Origin: Octopus sinensis
Lineage: Eukaryota
DNA: 64,000 bases
NCBI RefSeq assembly: GCF_006345805.1
Contig: NC_043010.1
Location: 33,976,001 to 34,040,000 of the forward strand
Direction of reading: 5' to 3'
Shown here piece by piece: positions 54,122-64,000 of the stretch. The translations under genes and the position numbers were made by a program. Below the pieces are notes generated by a model. The model was not told the origin of the DNA, searched no databases, and was given only the letters and a program-made list of their open reading frames with translations. Positions within the stretch are counted from its first letter, which is position 1. Each line of letters opens with the position of its first letter.

Positions 54122-54437
54122 TAGTGGTTCTCAAATTGTATGCCATAGCACACAGCAAAGAATATCTAAGTGCACCATGGAATTTAAAAAAAACCCACAA
54201 ATTTAAGGCTCTAAAAAAATCTTCAAGTGTCCTGAAGAACATATTATTCATAACTTTGTAGTATACAAATATAATTAAATAAAATGTAAGCAATAGTTTT
54301 CTTTACTTCTTTACATATATTTTAAAACTTTAGAACGTTCTATTTTTTTCTTTTAACTTTCCTTACAAAGTGTACCAATAATTTTTTTTTTATTTGCTCT
54401 CTAGTATGCCACGAAGTCAAAAAATTGAGAACCACTG
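54122..54437. mobile_element. hAT-type MITE in LDB intron
   Basis: TIRs TAGTGGTTCTCAA / TTGAGAACCACTG; TSD not clean. Confidence 0.65.
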
Positions 54438-57383
54438 TTCAAAACTGATGACAGTAGAAATATCTTCGTCAGGAGACTTATCTCCAACCACATCTAAAAT
54501 AGAACCCATTCTTTGCCATTTAATATTTTACCATATTCAAATGTTTTAATGATTTTCCTTACATAGCCCTGATATTTCCAACCTCAACCTTCCTTTCAAA
54601 TGAATACCGGCTTATTCAGTAGGTCATACTGACCACTGGTCAATGAATATTTTCTTGGGTTCCTTCAAGGCACACTAACATGATATCGAATTTATACAAT
54701 TAAAGTTGATATAATAGAAAGAGACAAGATAGACAGACAGATGGAAAGCAACTGCAAAATTGTTTTACTACACATATACAGACCAACTGAGAACGACAAA
54801 CAACTTAATAAGGCTCGAACCTATAGTAGATTACAGAAATACAGAAACTTGTTCAAAAACATCACAAACAATCCACATGATTACACTGAAGAAGCTGGAA
54901 GTGACAGGGGAGAAGGGAGAAGTTCATTGTAATTTAATTGTGATAATTAAGACAACAGTTACAAAATCTCCAATATGGGTTATATTTAGCACCAAACGAA
55001 TGGAAACGAGGAGAAACAGAAAATATTAAGGCGGGAAAACAAAGATAAGAGAAAGAAATTAACCATAATTTTGGTTTGTTTTAAATAAAACAATAGGTAC
55101 AGACATGGTTGTGAGGCTAAGAAGGATTAGGGGTACAAGCACATCAGGTAGAACCATGTGCAATTGCCTTCTGCTACAGCCTCAAGTTGACCAATACTTT
55201 GCAAGTGGACTTTGATGGACAGAAATTGTGAAGAAGCCTGTGTGTGTTTGTGCTTGCGTGTGTGTGTGTGTATGTACATGTGCTTATGCTTAACCAATTG
55301 AAAAACTGGTGTTGTTCATGCTGTGTCTCTTTATGTCCAGTAATGAAGCAACTGCGCAAATAGAGATCAATAAAACCAGTACCAGATTAAAAGGTTGAAA
55401 CAACTGACAGAAACCCTGAAGATATTGCCCCAGCGTCACCGTAGTCCAGTGACTGAAACCACAAATACTGAATAGCTGAGAAATATGAAAGCTTCCCAAA
55501 CAAAAATTCTTAAGATTAGCCAATACAACATCGACATTCTCGTGTTGAACAAGGACACTGGACTTCCATCAACTGAAACAGATATACCACCTCTAGCAAC
55601 TAATTTAGTCTGTGCCACTTATCGTTCAGTAACTAACATCACTCTGCAAAATATAAAAGAAAATTCAAAAAGCATTACCAATTGTGGAAATGTCTGCTTA
55701 CGCTCAACTTTGAGAGGAGGCCAGTGAAAGAGCTGTGCAACTTTAATCAAGTGCAGGAAGTGAGAGAAAATATGTTTGCCCTATTATGTTTGAGAACCTT
55801 CTCCCAAAACAGAACAAATAAAATACGAAATGACTAAGTTTTCATTAATAAGATTAATTATTCTGCTCTCCCATACCAACACATACACTGTTAGTTCTTA
55901 CCTAGTCTAACTTTATCAAAAAGCTACAAGTTGCTTCATGTTTTAACTTAATTAAATCATTCTGCTACTTTATTCCTAATTTCTGTCTTATCTAAATCTC
56001 CTGTTACTTACAGAATTACAAATTTTCATAGGTATGTCAAGAGAGTGTGACCAAACCGGAGGACTGCTGCCAAAGGTTTTTGTTGAATTAATTGATTCAA
56101 GTATTTATTTTACCAAACCCCAAAATACTGAAATGCAAGGCTTTGAACTCAGCGTGAAAAGATACTAAAATTTTGTCTGCAGATCTACTAATTTTTCTTA
56201 TCAATCACCAAACTAATATTATTTTACAATATTTCAAGCACAGTGTGCAATCACAGGAACCAGTTTTTATAACACCAAAACTCCCAGCATTAATGAAACA
56301 GAAAATAAATGGGAGGAGGCTATTAGTGTGCCACAAAGAGGAAACAAAATCTAATGACACAGATATCTTTACATAGATAACATCCAAGATGGCAAGAACA
56401 CTTTATGATATAGTCTACAGATAAATTCATACAAGTGATAATAATAATAAAACTAGTTAACTCTGTAATTCTGCAATTGTGATAATACATACAGTATCAA
56501 GTAGTGCAAGAGAAGACAAAATCAAAGGTGTTATACATATTTATGAGTGTTGGAACTTAGCATAAGTTGTAGTAAGAGTTTGATCTATTCTCTACTCTTC
56601 CTAGTTGTTCAATGCTGATATAAATAAAATTTCAAAGAATTATTACCATCACTTTTTTCTGAAGTAATAAAATGGCCATAAGCTCAGTGTTCCCCAAACA
56701 CCCTAACCAAACATTTTTAACAGCATGAATTACTGAGCTGATTGATTCTGTTATTCTAATATTCTGCGTAACTTCCAGCTTCACACAGCTATATACCAAG
56801 CACTTATATCCTTGAAGTATGAAGCTTAGAATAAAAGTCACTGGCAAACTTATGGTCCAGTGAAATCTAAAAACGAGGAGAGGAAGGGGAAAATCTTTTA
56901 AATTAAGGAGTCATTCAATGGGAAACTGTTGGGCTAAACATTAAAAATTGCTGGCACCTGTAATTTGACACGTCCTGCTACTAATTGCAAACAATATTTC
57001 TATTTACCTACCAATTTATCTCATTCCCTATATATATATAGGAAGAGATATTGGACAAGTTTTGGATATTAGCTTAGAAACATGTATTTGTATCAGTGAG
57101 AATAAGCCAGGGACAAGAATGGTATAAAAAAACAAAAACCCAACTTGCAAAAATATTTCAGTTTTTTCCTACATTATTGTCGGCAGTTTTCCCACCTTCC
57201 ATATTAATGTAGGACAATTTCCCCTCCTTTCCACTGTTGTCCCAAATTTGTGCACTTGTGGGCATGGTTTAACAAGATTTGAACCTGTCATTTGCCAGGT
57301 AAACCAGGAATAAAATATAATAGTTGTCATAAGGTTAGAACTTATAATCAAGGAGCCTCAATAAAAGTACATTAGTACTTTAC

Positions 57384-57425
57384 CTACCTTCACAACATTG
57401 TTTTTACTCCATAAAAGAACATTAG
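57384..57425 (-). CDS. Candidate 42-nt cassette exon of LDB
   Basis: GCCTTATCCTCACAG acceptor, TAG|GTAAAG donor, phase 1-1, open frame ANVLLWSKNNVVKV. Confidence 0.3.
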
Positions 57426-60400
57426 CTGTGAGGATAAGGCAGTATGAAGTAGAAATAATAAAAAATAATGAAAAATCCTAAATAGTTTATCCAGCTAAAA
57501 TTTTTATATTCAGATAGAGGGCATTCTTTTTTTTTTTTCCTTTCTTCATTACAAAAACATGAACATGGAACAAAAATAAATCAACAAAATAGCAGACAAA
57601 ATATTGAGATAAAAATAGAAGATATGCAAAAACAAAAAAAGCAAACAAGATAGCAAGACATTTAATAAATATAAAATTAATGAGAAGCATGACAAGTTAA
57701 GTCAGAAATACTACCTTGCAGACAGAGTAAGAAGAAAAACCATTCAGCCATGGGTTGCTATGATGTGGACAAACATAAGAGATTCAAGATTGATAGACGA
57801 CATACATACATGCATGTGTGAGAGTGCACACACAAACACACACTATAGTTTAGGCTGAGAGGAAATAGAAGCAAGATGAAGGACTCATGAAAAATTTGAA
57901 TCAAAAGAAAATTTAGCAAGTCAATGAAGACAACAACTGGTGGTCTGCATCAGCTAGAATTGATATGTCAAAAGGTAAATGAAAGAGTTACATTAGTTTG
58001 CCACGTGGCAAAGTATGAACAATTAATGCCTAAAAATCAAGCTTTTCCCAATATTCTCTGATGAAGAATTCCATTTGAAACATTAGATAGTTATTCTCCA
58101 CATGGAACTGATAAAACCTTTTTGATATACCTTTTGGTAGAAAAAAACAAAAAGCAGCCAAATATTACAATAATTAAACACCAGTCAAACTAATTAAGCG
58201 ATAACCTACTTTAGTGATTTAATTTAAGAAATAATCAAAGGAATGGCCAAGCTAATTGTAATTATGTAGGAAGAGAATAAGCAGAAACAGTACAATCGAT
58301 AGAATTATTATGGAATTTCAGTTAATCTGATAAGAATGAAAGATATACTGCTTGTACTTGTATGGTTGACTGCATGTTATAGCAAGGAACTACTTCCTAA
58401 ACTGATAGCTAAACCAAGGGTAGTTGTGGTATGCATGCTCTGTTTAATTAGTGTTATCAAATTGAGAGAATAAGGAGTATGGAAGAGACTGGGGAAAAAA
58501 AACAAAAAAAAACACACACACACACACACACAAAAAAAAACCGTCTATCACAGCTGAACTTGATGCAAAAGCGATATCCCAGTGTTAATGTCACATTTGC
58601 TGAGTTGAAGCAAAATAATGAAAATGTTTCGGTATCAATGTACAAAGGCCAATCCAACATATAAAAAAATGAGTGGAAGATTTGAGCTAGTGTGAAAAGC
58701 TAACAAGGGAACCAATGCACAGTTGCTTGACCTACAAGTAACAAAAGCCAAATCTTCCTCAAATTACATTCTACTATATTAAAAAAAAACCCAAAAAGAA
58801 ACAAAATATTTTGGATACTATAGCCTTAAGTATATGTACAGTGGCTGGATTCCTCACAAACAAAAATCTACCATGGATGGAACATCTTTACTCGAGGTTG
58901 ACTCAGGACTAGATAACCACACTATGTGGAGAAGGCAGAAGGAAGATGCTATGGGAAACGTTTGTATAGAGGTGTTAGAAGAGCAAGCTAATCTATCTGA
59001 ACAAAAGGAGGGGAAAAAACAAACTAACAAAAAGAAAACCCCATTTATGATTATTAAACAAAATGGCCAGAAGTTAAAATTCTGACTACATGATAGGCAT
59101 GACAGATTCTGTGAGCCCTTAAGGCAAGGCACATAACTCTGCTGATTGTTGTTGGCTTTGAGCCTGCATTATAAAAGATTATACAAGTTAATGATGCTGC
59201 AACAGTACCAAAAATCCATGTTCTGTGAAGAAACTGAAGACTAATAATGATTGTATGATTATTCTGAGTTCAAATCTAACCAAAACTGGCTTTTTTTTTA
59301 CATCCTTACAAGGGTGATAAAACAAGTATCAGTTGACAGAATATGTACTGCAGGGTGTTCAATATAAACCATCTAACCCTAGAAAGCAGTGCCTTAAACA
59401 CGACCATGTATGAATGAATGAACCAATACAAGAATCTATAGTGAATTTCAAAGTTTTCCTGCATTCTAATATTTACATCAATCCTTAAAACACATATGAA
59501 ACTTTTTTATTAACCAAATTTCATTTGTTGCTTATCTAAGCTTAATGATGCCAGCTTATAAACTGTGTACAATGTATAAATGTAGAGATTTTCAGTTGCC
59601 ATAATTCCAAACCTCACATGTAGAAGATAGAAGAGGATGACACAATGAAAGAGAACCAGAGAGACACAGATATTGCTGGTTATACCAAACAATACCACCA
59701 CCTATTTATTAACCAATCTCATCACTGGTACTGGCTTCCAGCCAAAAAAACTGCAAGAAAGTCATACTCCAAATAGACGCCAGTATAAGTAGCTTTCATT
59801 GAGACTGCAACTTCAAATAACTGTTAGATAGGAGGGTTTCATATAAAAGACATTTTTTCTTTTTAAAAGGAATTCAACTTAGTACCTACAATGAATCCTA
59901 GCACTTTATTACTAAAAGTTAAAAAATATTAGAGAGGACCATTTACACAGAATTCAGATTACATGAATCCATACAGACAGTCATACCATCACAGAGACAG
60001 ACTCTATTTTGGTAAATATAATAGCATTGTCTTTTTTTTTAAACATGTATAATAGCTTAGGTTACATTTATTTAACTATAATACACTTAACATTTTCAGG
60101 TGGAAAAAGATTTAAGAACAATTGGTAACAAAAGAAATAAGTAGACTCATGGGAGATAGATAGACAGATTAAAGAGACAGAAAGAAAGAAGGAAAATAAA
60201 TACAAACCTTATCATTAAGATAGACTAAAAAAAAATCTCAAAGAAAATGACATTTTCTCTAAAATAAGAGACAGACTTGCATTACATTATAAAGTACAAA
60301 CACGAATATTGCAACAAATCCAATTTGTATCTAAATGACAGCATCCACTCACACATAATTCCATTTGCATCCATAGTAAAAGTTTGATGTATATTGTTAA

Positions 60401-61955
60401 TTGAAGAAAAATTTTCAAGTTAGATAAAGAATTTTGAGTGAAGTACCACATTTAACTCATCTTTTTTTGGTTCCCCCACCTCTCAATGTTTAGAGGTGTG
60501 TATTTGCTTACAAAATCTTAATCCTATTTAAGCAGTTATTTTTACAGCTGGACATCTCTTATATAGCACTAACTATTTGATAATGAAATTAGAAGTGAAG
60601 CCTGTTTTGTCAGTCAGTCGAACTGAAGCAAGTCGAGTTATGTACCTTGCCCAAAGGCACAAGACAAAAATGGCTAGAAATTGTTTGTCTAGTATTTTAA
60701 AATCACAGCTATTGTTAACCTCCCCATTAAAATTGTTGTTGTGTTCTTCAAATGAAATAGAAATGACCCATTCCTAACGTAGTGTTCTGCTCAAGACAAG
60801 AATAGGATGAGAAACACTAGATAGTAAATAGGAACAGACATATAGAGTAATTAATAACCAGTAGATATCAGCTTGATATGCTTGTATTTAATAAACACAA
60901 ATGCCACTAAAAGAAATTAGTGTTTTCTCAAAGAAAACTGAAGTAAAGAGTTGACATGCAAAACTTTTTGAAATAAACTTTTCTTTTAAAACATAATTTC
61001 ACTGCAGAAAGCGGAAGCACAGAACCGCTATTAAGTAAGAGGGTGGGGTTATGACTTGATGAAGGAGAAGTAACGAAGCTAGTAGTAGTGGTGGTGGGGA
61101 ATGGGTGAAATACAACCTCACAAGGGATGAGGAGTAATGTGGGACATGGCCTGGGATGCATAACATAACGCAGGAGAAATAATGATATTACAACCAACTC
61201 CATTGTGAGTAGACAATTAACACACAAACTTATTAGGGGAGAATAAATGGAAGCACAATCTCAGTACCTGGCATGAGAAACATTGCAACATTAAAGCAGA
61301 ACCTCCTGTGAAGGTAGAGCATTTGGGGGCGCAGAGGGTGAAAGAAACCTTAGTGACATGCCCACACCCTTGTAGACAGGAAGAGAGATCTTCCAATTTA
61401 GTTGAGGGAGAGATTTCACTCAAGTAGATGAGAAATAAGGAAACAGACAGAAAGTGCTGCTGTTGGAAAGGTGGTTGTGGCTGATCTTACGACAAAGAAA
61501 TATTTCAATTTTCAATAGTTAATATTTTTTTAAAGGTTTGGATATAAATTTTTAATAATATTTTTTTTGTGTGTCTTCCTCCTATTTTGTTATAAATGAC
61601 AGCTGCTATTGTCTACATTGCCAACTCATTTCTGTAGAATAGGTAGAAAAATATACTGTATATATGTGTATGTGTGTGTGTATACTGACACCAACACATA
61701 TACATATACACGAAATACACAAAAATTCAAATAAATATAAAAAAGAAAGAAAAAAGAACAAACACAAAAACCACGTTAATGAAAACTTTAGAAATACTTA
61801 TGCTTAAGACGAAGAGATAACAATAAAATGGAAGAGAATGTGCATTGCCATTAGTATTCGCAGTCCTGTACACAGCAGCTGGGGCAGTGTTGGCCTGCTA
61901 TACTTACGATGATGGTTGTGGTGAAAAGAAACAAAAGTTGGTATCTTGCCTTTAC

Positions 61956-62079
61956 CTGGGGGCGCCACCATCCTCTGCCACTTCTGGAACAGTGTCGTCT
62001 TCAGGCAGTCGCGTGGATTCAGTCCGTAGGCTTTGTGACGGGACATCAACTCCTGCATTGGTTCAAGAATCACACACAG
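61956..62079 (-). CDS. LDB: LDB coding exon (LCCD region); upstream exons lie beyond the window
   Basis: LCVILEPMQELMSRHKAYGLNPRDCLKTTLFQKWQRMVAPP, nearly identical to LDB1; TTTTACAG acceptor, CAG|GTAAAG donor. Confidence 0.97.
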
Positions 62080-62142
62080 CTGTAAAAAGAAAAAGATGGA
62101 AACTATGCAAAGTTATGTATGCAATGACCAAATGCTACAGAA

Positions 62143-62583
62143 TTAACCCGTTAGCATTTAAACTGGCCAGATCTGGCCTATCACACCTACCCTACAACGT
62201 CATAAAAAAAATTAACAGTTGCCTCATCAAAATCTCATAGCTACAAGATACTTTTTTACTTGTTTCAGTCCTTTGACTGCGGCCATGCTGGAGCACCGCC
62301 TTTAGTTGAACAAATCAACCCCAGGACTTTGGGGGAACAAACACAGACACACAACGGGCTTCTTCCAGTTTCCATCTACCAAATCCACTCACAAGGCTTT
62401 GGTCGGCTGAGGCAATTAGAAGACACTTGCCCAAGGAATCATGCAGTGGGACTGAACCCGGAACCATGTGGTTGGTAAGCAAGCTACTTACAACACAGTT
62501 ACTCCTGCACATGATTAATTCAAATCAATGTGAATAAAAAAAGCATTACTTTTGATAGAACAATGTGAATGCTAAAGGGTTAA
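62143..62583. mobile_element. TTAA-MITE interrupted by a family A SINE (~62253-62510, minus strand)
   Basis: TTAA-CCCGTTAGCATT ... AATGCTAAAGGG-TTAA termini; SINE body in between. Confidence 0.8.
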
Positions 62584-62899
62584 CTGAATTAACTGAAAGA
62601 GTAAGAGCAACACCTATGATTGCTAGAATGTTGAGGGGAAAGAGAGGAAGAAACCATTACTTGTGGGTTTATCTTCAGGAACCTTAATATTTGTAATGTA
62701 GTGGATTCTGATATAGTTGTTTCGATGGACTTCTGCAGTTTCCATTAACTAAATTTTATTCATAAGGCTGAGATCAACCCAAAGCTATGGTAGTAGACAG
62801 CTCACAAAGCACAGTACAGTGGGATCAAAAAAATTTACTACAATACTTTGCCATTGTTGTAGGGGTCCCCTTTCCACAAGTTATCTGGCGACTATGAAG

Positions 62900-63630
62900 C
62901 AACAAATATTGTTTCTAATTTTGAAGGGAGGGAGTTAGTTGATAACACCAACCCTAGTATTTGTCTGGTACTTTATTTTATTGACTCTAAAAGGAGAAAC
63001 AACAATGCTGACCTAGGCAGGATTTGAACTCAGAACAAGGACAAATATATCAAGTTAGTTTTTCTTTTTTGATGCTTAAACAGTTTTGCTAGGGGTGAGA
63101 TCATCAATACCATTACCTCCACCTCCTGCTTCAATGGTACTTTATTTTATTGACCACCCAGGAAGATAAAAGGCAAAGTTGAGCTCAGCAGTAATAGATC
63201 TCAGAATGTAGTGTTGAAACAGCATTTTGTTCGATGCTCTAATGACTGCTAGCTCACTGCCTAATAATAATAATAATAATAATAATGATTTTAAATGTTG
63301 GCACAAGGCCAGCTATTTTGGGGGAGTGGGTAAGTCAATTCCATTGGCTCCAGTGCTCAACTGGTACTTATTTTATTGGCCCCGAAGGGATGAAAAGCAG
63401 TTGGCCTCAGCGGAGTTTGAACTCAGAACGTAAAGACAGACGAAATGCTGCTAAGCATTTTCCCTGGCATGCTAATGATTCTGCCACCCTGCTGCCTGAA
63501 TCTTTTTTACTATAAGAACAAGGCTTAAAATTTTCGGGGAAGGGGCTAGTTGATTACATTAACTCCACCCCACTCTACTGGTACTTATTTCATCAACCCC
63601 AAAAGGATGGAAGGCAAAGTTGATCTAGTG

Positions 63631-63664
<34 letters not shown>

Positions 63665-63665
63665 T
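62900..63665 (-). mobile_element. Cluster of about four SINE family B copies/fragments with (TAA)n spacers
   Basis: Repeated CTGGTACTT(t)ATTTTATTG..AAAGG..AAGGCAAAGTTGA..TTTGAACTCAGAA blocks. Confidence 0.75.
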
Positions 63666-64000
63666 TATCAGCATCAGTGATTTGAATTCAAAAGTTCAGA
63701 GGTCAATGAGTACTAGTGAGCTAATACTCAATCACTAACACTTCCATTGTATGAAAGAAATTAATTAAGACAGTGAGTTTACTTATAGTTGCTCAGTAGC
63801 ATCACACAATTCCCTCACACTCAGTAGTGCCTTTAAATTGGGGACAGTGACTGACAAATTGTGTGCTGGAAGTCTTGTTGGATCAGAGCTGATCTAGGAA
63901 AAACAGCACCATACACATATATTGTTGATAATATATGTAGTAGATTATTGGGTTCCCCCGCAGTACCTTGGGCAAATGTGTTCCCCTATAATCTCAGGTT

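Noticed and set aside
55485-55727. 80-aa ORF containing QYNIDIL
   Set aside because: At best a decayed LINE endonuclease fragment; too little similarity to call.
57715-57757. 43-nt segment with acceptor and donor on the LDB strand
   Set aside because: Not a multiple of three, has an early stop in phase 1, and does not combine with neighbouring candidates into an open frame.
58050-58100. CTGATGA..GAAAC hammerhead-like core
   Set aside because: No complementary strands for helix I or II.
61000-61470. GC-richer patch with exon-like signals in the LDB intron
   Set aside because: Every acceptor/donor pairing I tried is phase-incompatible or hits a stop; could be non-coding regulatory sequence but unsupported.

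Overview
AT-rich, intron-rich, microsatellite-dense animal genomic DNA. The SINE and MITE complement resembles an octopod cephalopod (inference from memory of these repeats, not verified). Almost all entries in the ORF track are repeat or microsatellite noise. Two real, convergent spliced genes can be assembled by hand. (1) A complete 8-exon SRSF10/SRSF12-type SR splicing factor on + (CDS 15663-31451, 226 aa), whose intron 2 is a textbook U12-type AT-AC intron and holds a candidate nested major-spliceosome poison exon. (2) The last three coding exons of an LDB/Chip LIM-domain-binding gene on - (62079 to 48146), with several candidate cassette exons and splice sites, some of which would remove the LIM-interaction domain. 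Upstream of SRSF10 are a type I hammerhead ribozyme motif (11945-11995), a ~127-bp-arm hairpin (13180-13475), a mariner derivative built from two 5' ends (4156-5040) and a candidate exon of a divergent transcript (11440-11491). The rest is tRNA-derived SINEs, RTE LINE fragments, Tc1/mariner, hAT, pogo-like and TTAA-MITE elements, including three-level nests. Repeat boundaries without TIR/TSD support are approximate.
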